Position numbers and translations under genes: made by a program. Of a stretch of DNA of 64,000 nucleotides, positions 14,166 through 28,327 are shown one piece after another. The DNA is from the human T2T-CHM13v2.0 reference genome, Homo sapiens, in assembly GCF_009914755.1 (NCBI RefSeq), contig NC_060935.1; one strand, written 5' to 3'. The first letter of the stretch is position 1. Every line of letters starts with the position of its first letter. The notes under the pieces are model-generated. The model was not told where the DNA came from. It did not search any database and saw only the letters and a program-made list of their open reading frames with translations.

Positions 14166-15565
14166 ATTTTAAATTTTTTAAGTTCCAGGGTACATGTGTA
14201 CGATGTGCAGGTTTCTTACATAGATAAACATGTGCCATGGTGGTTTCCTGCACCTATCAACTCATCACCTAGGTATTAACCCATTTATGCCAGAGGTTGC
14301 AATTTGTTGAATGTGAAAAATCAGACCTTGGCAATGACCTTGAGCAGGATATAAAGAACTTCCACATGCTTAGCATTCCAGAAATGGAACACTAGGCATA
14401 AATGGGTTAAGCCCAGAATGCATTAGCTATTTTTTCTAATGCTCTCCCTCAGCTTGACCCCCCACCCCCTGACTGGCCCCAGTGTGTGTTATTCCCCTCC
14501 CTGTGCCCATGTGTTCTATTGTTCAGCTCCCACTTATAAGTGAGAACATGTGGTGGTTGGTTTTCTGTTCCTGCATTAGTTTGCTGAGGATAACAGCTTC
14601 CAACTCCATCCATGTCCCTGAAAAGGACAGGATCTCATTCCTTTTTATTGCTGCATAGTATTCCATGGTGTTTATGTTCCACATTCTCTTTTTCCAGTCT
14701 ATCACTGATGAGCATTTGGGTTGATTCCATGTCTTTGCTATTGTGAATAGTGCTGTAATAAACATACATGTGCATGTATCTTTGTAATAGAATGATTTCT
14801 ATTCCTTTGGGTCTATATGCAGTAATGATATTTCTGGTTCTAAATCCTTGAGGAATCACCACACTGTCTTCCACAGTGGTTGAATTAGTTGACATTCCCA
14901 CCAACAGTGTAAAAGCGTTCTTATTTCTCTACAACCTCACTAGTATGTTGTTTGACTTTTTAATAATCACCATTGTGACATGAGATGGTATCTCATTGTG
15001 ATTTTGATATGCACGTCTCTAATGGTCAGTGATGTTGAGCTTTTCTTCATGTTTATTGGCCACATGAATATCTTCTGGGAAGTGTCTGTTCATGTTCTTT
15101 GCCAACTTTTTAATGGGGCTCCTTTTTTCTTGTAAATTTGTTAAGTTCCTTGTAGATTCTGGATGTTAGACCTTTGTCATATGGATAGATTGAAAAAATT
15201 TTCTCCCATTCTGTTGGTTGCCTGTTCACTCTGACAGTAGTTTCTTTTGCTGTGCAGAGCTCTTTAGTTTAATTAGATCTCATTTGCCAATTTTTGCTTT
15301 TGTTGTAATTGCTTTTGGTGTCTTTCTCATAAAATCTTTGCCCATTCCTATGTCCAGAATGATATTGCCTATATTCTATTCCAGGGTTTTATAATTTTGG
15401 GTTTTACATTTAAGTCTTTAATCCATCGTAAGTTGATTTTCGTATATGGATTAAGAAACAGGAACAGTTTCAATTTTCTGCATATGGCTAGCCAGATATA
15501 CAGTAGGATTAATTGAATAGAGAGTCCTTTCCCTATTGCTTCTTTTTGTCAGCTTTGTCAAAAAT
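14166..15565 (-). mobile_element. L1PA (older primate subfamily) 3' segment: 3'UTR and ORF2 C-terminus
   Basis: Begins with the reverse complement of the L1PA 3' end; minus ORF MFITALFTIAKTWNQPKC... is the ORF2p C-terminus. Confidence 0.93.
14280..14406. mobile_element. MER85 piggyBac-family MITE
   Basis: 12-bp perfect TIRs CCCATTTATGCC / GGCATAAATGGG with TTAA at both sides (14276-14279, 14407-14410); internal sequence fits the recalled MER85 consensus. Confidence 0.9.
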
Positions 15566-17350
15566 AAGAGAAGAATCAAACAGACACAATAAAAAATGAT
15601 AAACAGGATACCACCACTGATCTCACAGAAGTACAAACAACCATCAGCGAATACTACAAACACCTCTATGCAAAGAAACTAGAAAATCTAGAAGAAATGG
15701 ATAAATTCCTGGATGCATACACACTCCCAAGACTGAATCAGGAAGAAGTTGGATCCCTGAATAGATCAATAACAAGTTATGAAAGTGAGGCAGTAATAAA
15801 TAGCCTACTAATGAAAAAAAGTCCAGGACCAGATGGATTTACAGTTGAATTCTACCAGAGGTACAAAGAGGAGCTGATACCCTTTCTTCTGAAACTATTC
15901 CAAACAATTGAAAAGGAGGGACTCCTCCCTAACTCATTTTATGAGGCCAGCATCATCCTGATACCAAAACCTGGCAGAGATACGGCAACAAAAAGAAAAC
16001 TTCAGTCCAATATCCCTGATGAACTTCGACGCAAAAAATCTCAATGAAATACTGATAAACCAAATCCAGCAGCACATCCAAAAGCTTATCTACCACAGTC
16101 AAGTTGGCTTCATCCCCAGGATGCAAGGCCGGTTCAACATATGCAAATCAATAAACGTCATTCATCACATAAACAGAACTAAAGACAAAAACCACATGAT
16201 TATCTCAATAGACACAGAAAAGGCCTTCGATACAATTCAACATCGCTTCAGGTTAAAAACTCTCAATAAACTAGGTATTGAAGGAACGTATCTCAAATAA
16301 TAAGAGCTTTTTATGAGAAACCCACAGATAATATCATACTGAATGGGCAAAAGCTGGAAGCATTCCCCGTGAAAACTGGCACAAGACAAGGATGCCCTCT
16401 CTCACCATTCTTATTCAATATAGTATTGGGAGTTCTGGCCAGGGCAATCAGGCAAGAGAAAGAAATAAAGCGTACTCAAATAGGAAGAGAGGAAGTCAAA
16501 TTGTCTTTGTTTGAAGATAACATGATCCTATATCTAGAAAACCCCATCATCTCAGCCCAAAAGCTTCTTAAGCTGATAAGCAACTTCGGTAAAGTCTCAG
16601 GATACAAAATCAATGTGCAGAAGTCACCAGGATCCCTATACACCAACAAAAGGCAAGCAGAGAGCAAAATCATGAATGAACTCCCATTCCCAATAGCTAC
16701 AGAGAGAATAAAATATCTAGGAATACAGAAGAAGTGAAGGATCTCTTCAAGGAGAACTACAAACCACTACTCAAGGAAATGAGAGAGGACACAAACAAAG
16801 GGAAAAACGTTACATGCTCATGGATAGGAAGAATCAATATCATGAAAATGGCCATACTGCCCAAAGCAATTCACAGATTCAATGCTATTCCCATTAAACT
16901 ACCATTAACATTCTTCACACAATTAGAAGAAACTATTTTAAAATTCATATAGAACCAAAAAAAAGCTCGTATAGCCAAGACAATCCTAAGCAAAAAGAAC
17001 AAACCTGGAGGCATCATGCTATCTTTCATACTATACTACAAGGCTACAGTAACCAAAAAAGCATGGTACAAAAACAGACACATAGACCAGTGGAAGAGAA
17101 TGAAGATCTGAGAAATAAGACCACACATCTACAACCATCTAATCTTTGACAAACCGTACAAAAACAAACAATAGGGAAAGGATTCCCTATTTAATAAATG
17201 GTGCTGGGAGAACTGGCTAGCCATACGCAGAAAATTAAAACTGGACCCCTTTCTTATACCTATACAAAAATTAACTCAAGATGGATTAAAGACTTAAATG
17301 TAAAACCCAAAACAATAAAACACCCTAGAAGAAAATCTAGGAATGCCATT
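15566..17350 (+). mobile_element. Inverted L1 ORF2 segment (degenerate reverse transcriptase region)
   Basis: ORFs [17 protein letters not shown]...SPGPDGF and [12 protein letters not shown]...[10 protein letters not shown] (FADD motif decayed), broken by frameshifts and stops. Confidence 0.93.
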
Positions 17351-19123
17351 GAATATATTTTTTACATATCAGTTGCTTTGGTTATATTTACATCCTGAAA
17401 GTCAGCTTGAAATATGCAATTCTTTTAAAACTCTGCAGGAAGGTAACCTGATAATATTCTTTAGAGCAGGGAATCAAAAAAGATGTATATGGCACCATTC
17501 CTGATTTGTCTTTCTAGAATCCTACAAAATTAATTCTTTGTAAGTTGGTAATACTTGTGAAAAGTCTGCAAAAAGAAAAAGAAAACTGTGGTGCATTTTC
17601 CAGGTACCTACAAAGTTCTATGTGCATTAGGTGTTGAAGATATACAGGGAGAAATACAGATTTTCAATCTGGAAAGAGATGAAAACATGCTACCCAATCA
17701 CTCCATTACAGCATGGCATGAAAGCAGAGGTACCTGCGATATGCAATGGGAACCAAAGTTCTGATGTTTCTCACGGTAATAGAGAGAGCTGGGGAGGGTT
17801 TCAGAGAGCAGCGTCATCAAGGTCCTGAGTGATAAAGAATTTATCAGGTCCAGAGGTGAGATAGATAAAAGTTTCCAGGTGGGAGCAGTCCACTGTACTC
17901 TTAATTCATCTTTCTGAAATACTTCTTCTCAGAATAGCAGAACAGTATACCTCTCAGATCATACAAAGAGTCATCTGAATCAACAGAGTAAGGATGACAA
18001 ACTACTCTCTAGAGAAAAATTCTTCTATTCAAGCAGAAATGCAAGAGAGGAAAGTCCACCCAGACAATATGAATTAAACATAACCCCATAATTTCAGGCT
18101 TACCAAAGCTGAAAGTCAGCTCTAAACCAACAGAGCAGGAAACAAGACCATTATTCGGCAGGAAAGAGCTAGAAGATAGCAATCAGTTGAACAATACTGT
18201 AATTAAGATTAGTAAATTTGACTATGACACTTAGTTTGTACTTAATTTGAAGTTTACAAAGCTCTTCTACCAATTTCCAAACTACAAACTGAAGGAGAAG
18301 GTAAGTTTTGGTCTTCAATGAAAAAACCCTGGTTTAGGCAAGAAAGTCAGTAGCCTAATAGCTAAGGAAACCTAAGCTTCAAGGCAGTTCTTCTCTTAAA
18401 ACTTCAACATGAGCCCATGCAACATTAAACTAATATTCATGATGCTCACAGACTGGAATTTACCAGGAAATCCAAATATGCCTCTAAATACCATTTACTT
18501 ATTTGTGAAATGGCTTTTTTCACTATTTAGCCCCAAGGAAGTCTTTAGGCTTGAAAGACAAGTTCTAGCATTTTACAGTTAGAAACTCTGTGAGCTTAGC
18601 ACTGTAAGAGATTAATTTTCTCTATCTATAAAATGAAACTAGTTATATCTACTTTACAGAACTTTTGTAGCTTATAGTATGTCAACTTCTTAGCACAAAG
18701 CTTGTACCTAATGAAAAAAGAAAAGAAAAAAAATAGGGTGTTTACGATACCATCTTTCTGGCCAGAGGTACTGGAGGTCTATAATCTGTAGAAGTATACT
18801 ATAGCAGTCTGACATATCTGAGAAAGCCTCTTTTTTCCCTTCTTTAAATATGTCCTCCATAGGACCATCTTCCCTTCAATAACTTATATCTGTGAATCTC
18901 AAGAGATCCAAGGGCCTTATTTTCTCCTTACAACAGGCTCTTGGGTTCCTCAAGGTAATTAGAGAAAGGAAAGACACTCAGGCAGACAGTTAAACTGTGA
19001 ATAAAATTTACGCTGTGAATAAAACAAAACATACACTTCAAATCCTGACAATCTTAGAAAAAAATCACTGTAATAGAAGGGATTTCAAAAGAGAAAAAGA
19101 ACAACGTGTTGTATATTGTTCCT

Positions 19124-19129
19124 TTTATT
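19124..19129 (-). terminator. Candidate proximal poly(A) signal of the short isoforms
   Basis: Minus-strand AATAAA ~270-330 nt after the stop codons, followed by a U-rich downstream tract (GTTGTTCTTTTTCTCTTTT). Confidence 0.55.
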
Positions 19130-19397
19130 AAAAAACTGAACGGTGAAGCCACCCAAGATTTTGCATCTTCAGAATTTTTTTTTCCTTTCTCCTGTGTAGT
19201 CTCTGGTTGTTCACATTCCAAAATGATGTTTACTGTTTTCCAAGGGAGTGTTCAGGAGGGCAGCTGCCTTGGAGGTAGGTCACCAGGACTCCTTTGCATT
19301 TTGCATGCAAATAAAGACTCCAGAAGGGACTGTAGCTGCTAGAGGCCTTTGCTAGCTGCTACAGGTAGGTCCACACTGTCGCAGGCTGCTCTGTCTC

Positions 19398-19420
19398 TTA
19401 GCCCCAACGTCTGTTCATGG
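19398..19420 (-). CDS. CTSC: Coding part of alternative terminal exon, downstream acceptor (141-aa isoform ending ...NKLAMNRRWG*)
   Basis: CCACAG|CCATGAACAGACGTTGGGGCTAA; 106+28+7 = 141 aa. Confidence 0.8.
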
Positions 19421-19453
19421 CTGTGGTTTTAAAAGAGTCCCTCAACAGATGCT

Positions 19454-19464
19454 CTATTTAATAA
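19454..19464 (-). CDS. CTSC: Coding part of alternative terminal exon, upstream acceptor (137-aa isoform ending ...NKLVIK*)
   Basis: TTGTAG|TTATTAAATAG; G+TT ATT AAA TAG = V I K stop; 106+28+3 = 137 aa. Confidence 0.82.
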
Positions 19465-21123
19465 CTACAAGACAATAAAAACTAGGGTTACAAGCCAACA
19501 AGGATCATATTGTCTCTTAATATTTAATCATATCAATTTCTTTAAGTAAAAAAAAAAAAAAAAATACCAGCACTGATATTTGAGATCCTGGTACTTTTTT
19601 GTAAATGTTAAGACATTCACAGGAAAGATGCCATTCTGAAGCTAAATGCTTAAGCAACATGTACTGCACATGCAACCAACATGCTTTAGAAGCACATGCA
19701 TCTGAAGGTAACTGCCACTGAAAAAAACGAATATGACTCTGAAACATACTTAAGAAACAGGCTAAATATAGTAACTTAGATACATTAACATGTATACCTT
19801 GCAAACTTTAATTTAGGCTCAGTGCTGCCTGAATCCACATGACTAGGTACTAGGCTATTTATCCCATTTACACAACAAATTACCAGGGTTTATCTTTTCT
19901 ACTGGTGGAGCGGTCTCCCTAACTAGGAGAAAGAGTGAAGAGTTAAGGATAAAATTTTGTAAACTGTATTTTGAGAACAGCTTATTTTTCGTGGAAAAAA
20001 AAAATAGTGAACCTATCTGGGAAAAGTTTCCTATTGCATCTTCCTCCTAAGCTATCACCATACAATATATTACAGACTCTGAGAAGTTCTGAAATAAAGA
20101 AAACTATTTAATACATTCTATATTTATTCAACTACCAGAAAGAACTGAGAAGAAACAGCTTACTAATTTCAACCCTAATGCTCACTTTGATCTGTTATTA
20201 GTGGCTGTATGGAACATTGCTGAAGCTTAACAAGATAACGCGACACAACTGATGAGCAATTCCTACCTGGCAGATGTGTGGGTCACTGCTGGTTCATTAT
20301 AAAGTTTGGAAAATGCTAATATAAGATAAACCTATGGTGCTTTCAATACTTGTCCCCAGTTCCCTTTTTCATATCTCACTTCTGGTATTTAAGAGCCAAG
20401 TAACAGAGGAAGGAAAAGGGGAAAGAATATTATGTTAAAATGCAAGGAAGGGTAAGTCTCTATTAATTTTACTCTCTAATCACCTATTTCTTCATCAACA
20501 TTTTAGACATTTATGGATCCAGTGTGAGCAATGATTTAAACATCTATTCTGAAAATGTGAAGAGAATGTAAAGAGTGAATAAGATTCTCTCTTCCTCAGT
20601 GAATAGTCTATTAAGACTATTTTAATAGAAGCCAGTTTTACAAAGCTGGGTCATGTCAGATAAGTGATGAGTATGTCAATTTCTCTGTAAAAGCCACCTT
20701 CTCTGTGGAAGACAGATCTAAGCTGCTGTGGCCTCACATGTTTCTCTCTTGAGGGATTCTTTTCAAGAAAAGAATAAGCAACCTAAGGCAGCCTAACTAC
20801 TTTACGAATGTGAACTGAACTTGAGTCAACCTTTTTTTTAGCTGGGTCTTTACCCTTTTCGGTTCACGTCTACTTAGGTTACAAGTAGCATTCTTGGGAG
20901 AGCTGATTTGACATGTGAAAACAGAACATAATAAAGTAGAAAATTACTCACATAAAATAGTGCAGACAACTTAGAAACAGCAGACAAGCAGGCTCAAGCA
21001 AGAAATTCATAAGAAAACCATAATCTCTCCAGTCACCCTCTGATGAATAAATAGGCATTAATTTGCATAAGCCATCAGGAAGTGAGGAAGCTTGCTTTTA
21101 ATAAGAAAGTTAGAAATTTTTCA

Positions 21124-21219
<96 letters not shown>

Positions 21220-21621
21220 CTACAAAGAGTTTACAATGGTAAACTGAGTCATTATGTTGAGATTAAGCATCATCATGAAAGAAGACATAAAATAGTTAGG
21301 CAGGCACTCAGTGCTAAACTTCTGATACTTTTCCTCCACTGAAATACTCTTACAAGTAAACCCAAAGTTGTTTAAAACAAAACAAAAAAAAGACAAAATG
21401 CTGAGCTTGATATATTGAATCCAAATTTTAAAAAGTATACCTATCTCAATAAGTCTTCTAAAATTGTTATATCTTAATAATGAACCCAGAAGGCTCAGTG
21501 AAAAAATGTCACAATATTCCCAAATCTTTTATTGTAGAAACACAGGTGACATTTCTGGCTGTGTGATAAGCTTGAAATTTATTAATCACTAGCACACAAA
21601 GTGAGAAATTAAACCCTCTAG

Positions 21622-21912
<291 letters not shown>

Positions 21913-22225
21913 TTCTTGTTTTGAGTAGCAACTTGCTTTAGAAACACTGATGGTCATTTTTTTTAGCTTATAGTTCTATTAAGATTGGAGCCTTTCAAAC
22001 AAGAGCTCAATTAGAAAGCCCTAAGATTTGCTTCACTATCACCAAATAAAATTTCCAGCCATAATGAGTCTACTTCCCCTCTACATATTTCCTCAGCCCT
22101 TGAGTAGCTTAATCTTCAAAATAAAATCTGAGTTCCTTCTCTACTGCTCCCTTTTAGAGTCAGTTTCTTTTACTGCCTCAGAGAAAGTAAAATGAGAAAC
22201 AGTAGAAGGTTAGAAAGCCTATTCA

Positions 22226-22505
22226 GGCTGGGCGTGGTGGCTCACACCTGTAATCCCAGCACTTGGGGAGGTCCAGGCGGGCGGATCACTTGGGGTCAGG
22301 AGTTCAAGACCAGTCTGGTCAACATGGTGAAACCCCATCTCTACTAAAAATACAAAAATTAGCTGGGCGTGATGGCGGGCACCTGTAATCCAATCTACTC
22401 TGGAGGCTGAGGAAGGACAATCTCTTAAACCCAGGAGGTGGAAGGAGCGAGGGCCTGGGAGACAGAGCTAGACTCCATTTCAAAAAAAAAAAAAAAAAAA
22501 AAAAA
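22226..22505 (+). mobile_element. AluS with right-arm deletion
   Basis: TSD AAAGCCTATTCA on both sides; long A tail. Confidence 0.92.
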
Positions 22506-22751
22506 GCCTATTCAACAGGAGGTCATTTTTTGGAGCTTAGTTTGTTTTACAGGACTTCCTGTCTCTGGGCAATTTGGTGGAGAGAATGCTACACAGAGGA
22601 GCTTTATACATGATCATCATTAAAAATGAACAAAGTACATAAGAGCATAAAGAAGAAAAAATAATCACATATCCAGCCATCATGTAAAGTCAGACATAAT
22701 TAAGCATTTTCACAGTATTCTGTTTCGTGTTGTTACATTGTGTGTGTGTGT

Positions 22752-23013
22752 GTTTTGTTTTGTTTGGAGACAGAGTCTCACGCTGTCACCCAGGATGGAG
22801 TGCAGTGGTGCAATCTCAGCTCACTCCATGCTCTGTCTCCAGCGTTCAAGTGATTCTACTGCCTCGGCCTCCCAAGTAACTGGGACTACAGGCGTGCGCC
22901 GCTATGCCTGGCTAATTTTTGTATTTTTAGTGGAGATGAGGTTTCACCACGTTGGCCACGCTAGTCTCCAACTTCTCAAAGTGCTGGAATTAAAGGCAGG
23001 AGCCAAGCTAGCC
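22752..23013 (-). mobile_element. Alu with left-arm deletion
   Basis: Reverse-complement Alu. Confidence 0.88.
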
Positions 23014-23362
23014 TGCATTGTGTTTTTATATAGGAGATTGCCTGCAGGTACTTTTAAGAAGTGCAAATTTGCTAAAGTGTGCCAAGTACAATGAAATGGT
23101 AAATGCTACTAAAATCTGATAATCTTAGAAACTGGCCTGTAGATAGTATTGTCTTTTGTTTTGGCCAGCCCAGTGTTTTAAAGGAAATTTGAATTTGAAT
23201 GCCTCTAAGACTGTTTCCATCTTGCCACAGGCCTGATTACTCCTTATTAGTTTACATAAGGTTATTTCAAATGCTTAGATACCCAACCACCTGAGTGGGC
23301 CCTAAATGTAATATGCAACTCCCATAAAGTGCTCAGATAATAAAATGCCTGGAGGATGCTGA

Positions 23363-23669
<307 letters not shown>

Positions 23670-24061
23670 GAAAAAAATATTTTAAAAACATACCTAGTAC
23701 CTCCTGCTCAACTCAAACTATGCAAAAACTTTAGATGTCAAACTTTTATTCCTTCCAAACTTTTATCTAGCTTGAAGTCACATCCAAATATATGTATCTC
23801 CGTCCCTACTATACCCCCAATTTCTCAAGCTGTTAAAACCAAGTTTTAAAATGGCTTAGAAATCTCAAATCATAAAAAATGTTTCTCTTTCAGATAAGCC
23901 CTGAATAAACAGAACTTAATAAAGCAAGTTTCTAGCAATAGGAGCTATTCTGATTGATTCCGAAGTGGAATGCCGAGAATGGCAAAGAAGCTGTGTCTCT
24001 CCTGGTGAGATGCAGGATGCTGAGGGAAGCAGAAGGTAAAAGCAGGAGCCTAAAAGAATGC

Positions 24062-24985
24062 TGTGGTGTGGAAAAACTACTCAACGTGCTTTTTCCTATT
24101 CTCAGTCAGCAACAACAATCAATACAAAAGACTTCGGTGACCCCAAAATATGTAGGAAGTTCTCCCCACCAGCAAGCAAGCAATCAATTCTGCAGCAGAC
24201 ACCAGCTCAGTGCCCTCCAGTACAACTCCAATGCTACCTACCAGGAGACAGTTTCAGATCCCGTAGGTTGAGGGCTTAGTCCCCAAGACTGCCTGCCCAC
24301 TTTAGACACCAGTCTCAAGTCCAGGCCTCCAGAACTTCTGATGGACTGGCTTCAAATTGGGGTTCCCATAACCCCCTCTTTGGGTTCAATTAATTTGACA
24401 GAGTGGCATAAAAACTCAGGGAAACATGTTTATGATTTATTACAAAGGATATTTGAAAGGATATAAATACACAGGCACTTGAAGAGATACATAGAGCAAG
24501 TTCTGGAAGGGTCCCAGACACAGGAGCTTCTGTCCCTGCGGAGTTAGGGTGGACCACCCTTCCAGCATGATGAGTTCTTCTTCACCTTCCTGTCAGACCC
24601 TACGTGTTTAGCGCTTCAGAATTCCCTCAAATCTGTTCTTCTTGGGCTTTTATGGAGCGTTCATTGAATACACATGATTAAAGCATGGATAACCATGTTA
24701 AAATATAATTAGGTTATAAGGACATGATCTAAACCTAACAAGGCCTGTCTGTTCAGATTCTTCTTGGTGTCTCTGTGCAGTGTTCCTTCTGCTATGGTAT
24801 GGGGCAGAATACTCTCTGGTATGAGGGTCTTAGAACCCATAATCAGATTAGAGTTCTGCAGTGGGCAGATGAAAGGAGGGTAGGAGAAGATCAGAGAGAG
24901 AGATTCTGGTTTCTGTAACAAGGGTCTTGGGAGTGAGTTATGAGCCAGGAACCATGGACAAAACCTATATATGTCATAACATACA
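24062..24985 (-). mobile_element. MER21-like solo LTR
   Basis: TG...CA ends, near-TSD AATGC/AATAC; reverse complement of the right end resembles the MER21 start. Confidence 0.72.
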
Positions 24986-27894
24986 AATACTCTGCATGTA
25001 CCAACTACTCAACAAACTCGAGCAGCAAGAACAATAAGAAACAATCTACTTCAAGCATATCTGAAGCATATATAAAGAGGATAAAAGGAAGCAAGTTGTA
25101 GGGTTCCAGTCAGTGGAGAGGCGTGAAAATCCAATTGATTTGTAGGATAACAACAACGATGGCAGGTAAGCATGGCAAGAATTTGTCAAATATTTCTGTA
25201 ATGGCAGTAGGTTGAGTATGTTTTCGTTTATGTAAGACTCTTTGAATAGCAAATACTACTCAAGTTTTGATGTTTTCTCTCTTTACAAAAATAAATTTTA
25301 ATGTAAAAGATGCTTTCTAATTCTATAGGAACAATTCTCACATGCAATACTTATTACATGGGCTTGTGTTTTCCTTGAGTTACGCATCCTTTCAAGCACG
25401 GTTTCCCCAGCTGCAGGAAATACCCTGATGCTTATGGTAAAATCTGTAAACTTTCTGTATTAATAAATGTCACCCATCAACAGTGGATGACTTTATTATT
25501 CAAAGTCAACTCCATCTTAATATCTTTCTTAAGTTTTTAAACTCTGTTTCCCATCACTCTTGCAATTGGATTTACTAAAATAACATGGTATTTTATCACT
25601 TTGCAAGCTATGTTTATCTGGAACTACCTGATTATATTAAGTTTCAAAAAGAAGTATCCTATTATATTCTACTCTGCCTAAGGAAATTATGGTGCTTGTC
25701 ATAAGACCTAACTACTGACCAGAGTGGTTGATTTTTCTGCAGAAAAAGAAAACATGGCCCTGATAATGGTTTTGTCAAATGGGCACTTTAAAATAGACAT
25801 ATCCTGAAATCAGTAGGGCAGGAGTATTTTTTCTATTGTTATTCCTAATGAAAGAATAAGGATTCGATCAATGCCATCCAGAACCATATGATTAGGCAGG
25901 GTTCTACCCTCCAACAGCATATATATTAATTCTTTCCAACTCATGGTTGGGAACACATATAACTTTATTTGGCTTTAAAAAGTGATTTTCTATTGACCTA
26001 ATGTGACTAATGTTCTTAGGCAATGGCAAAACACCAAATGTGCTTACACCGTGATTCACAAAAAGTGATACAATTCCTCATTCAGCCACCAGCTAATTCC
26101 CTCTGTCCCTACCAGCTTTGGACTACTATTTAAGCTAAGAACTAACTGATGAAAAAATAATAAAAGAAGAAAACTGCTTTTGTCTATATCTATTACATCT
26201 CTGGTAATTAAATAATGATTTTAGAAGTTTCCCCACCAGTTTCTCCAATTCTGCAGAATTTAAGAATCAAAAGTTTTCTAAGTCAAAAGAATAAACTATG
26301 TACTTGTCTCTTTTTACCTATTCCTCATCTCCTAAATAATTTATTTAACCTATTTCCCAACTGAATTCCACTTCATTCATTCATTTTTTTTGTAATAAAT
26401 TGACTAGGTGTCTATTGTGTGTCAAAGAAGAAGGGATAGAGACAGAGGAAAAGAAAATGACAAAAAATTATGTACAAGGTTTATGGTACATGGTAACAAT
26501 TGCCTTGAATATCTCTTCCTTTGCACATGCATTCCACATGCAATTGATTCTTAATCTGAAGTCAAAGAACCTTTGAAGGGCTGTGACAGAGTAACTGTAA
26601 GAGGTCTGCAAAGGCCTAGGCTCATCAACGTATACACCAAAGATTATTTTCAGGTTAAATATACCACATATACATTACAATTTTAAAAATTTATATAGAT
26701 ACTATTGTAAGTATGTTTTTTACAAAAAAATGCGTAGCATCTGGAAATGATACTAAAAATAGTTAACAACTGGTTAAGCATGGGTTTCCACTAATTCAGT
26801 GGACTGGTGGCCATCAACAGCTAGCATGGACAAACTGGTTTCCACCAGCTGCATATCACACCAGCAAATCCAGTTGAGGAAAGGCAACCTCTTCCTCTCT
26901 ATTTCATCTTTTTTTTTTCCATATTAAAGAAAGGTCCTTATTTTAAAAATATTTCTGGGAGTTATTATTCTAAAAAATATTGTAAACTTGCTTGGACCGC
27001 CATAACCTTGTGACAAACCACAACTCCCATGAGAAATTATAACAAGTTTAGAACTAGGCCTTTGTTGGTGCTTTGTCTTTTATCATATTTAACAGAGTTA
27101 TTCCCTACTTTCCCACTTCTTCCCAGATGTTTTAAAGGCTGTAAACCTTTCACCATGAAAAAGTCTGTCTTAATTTATACTCTATGTATAATGAGAAACG
27201 CCTAGTTTCAGGCTTATGTATCCAATTTACTTGAACCATTTAATATCTAGCTTACAAGAAAAGTTCCAGCTTGTGAAGAACAAATGAAATGGGCTGCAAT
27301 TTGTGCTAAACTATTTTAACCCTGAGTATGTTTGCAATTGGAAAAAGTGTGTTATGAGAATGAACAATAGTTCTTTCCTAATGAGAGAAGGAAACAAGCT
27401 GGGTTGACTTGGCTACCTTTCACTTTAACCAGCCTAAGGGAGTAACTCCTAGGTTCTCTCTTTCTGTTAGTTTAGAAGAAAAAATTACTCAACATATTTA
27501 GTACCTTTAAGATAATGAATCATTTAGGCCTATCACTACCTCAGCCAACAGGTAGTGATAGGAAGGACAGCATAGTAACTGCAAGAAAACAAAATGTGTA
27601 ATCTCTGTATCTTTCCCACAGATTTAGAACAAAGCCAAATGACTATGGCAACATTTAGAAATAAAGTGGTAGTAATAATGAAAATAAATTAAGAATTTAG
27701 TCATACTTACCAAAATGTAAATTTTAAACATAATTTATACATATTCAAATGTAGCACTGGTATTTTGTAAACCTACTAAAATCATAATTTTAAATAAAGT
27801 GGCAAAATTATACCAACTACTACTACTCTTGGGAAGAGTGGTGTCAATTCCGGTCAACTTCTTAATCTAAAATTAAAATTCTGAGGGTCTACTA

Positions 27895-28149
<255 letters not shown>

Positions 28150-28327
28150 TCAATAGGGGAAAGAATCCCCCAATTTCAATTATAATTGTGCTGCTTTCCT
28201 TTCATGCTACCCAGTTTGAGCACAGTCTGCCTAGTGAAGAAACCAGAGGCTCCATCTTGTTGCCTCAAACAGTTCCTGCTCCGAGGCAAGACTGTGAAGT
28301 TAGGCTCTAAAAATTTGAGATAATGCA

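Noticed and set aside
15697-16952. Reverse-transcriptase-like ORFs as an active or novel RT system
   Set aside because: They are fragments of a decayed L1 ORF2 with frameshifts, stops and a mutated catalytic motif (FEDN for FADD); no ORF1 or 5'UTR.
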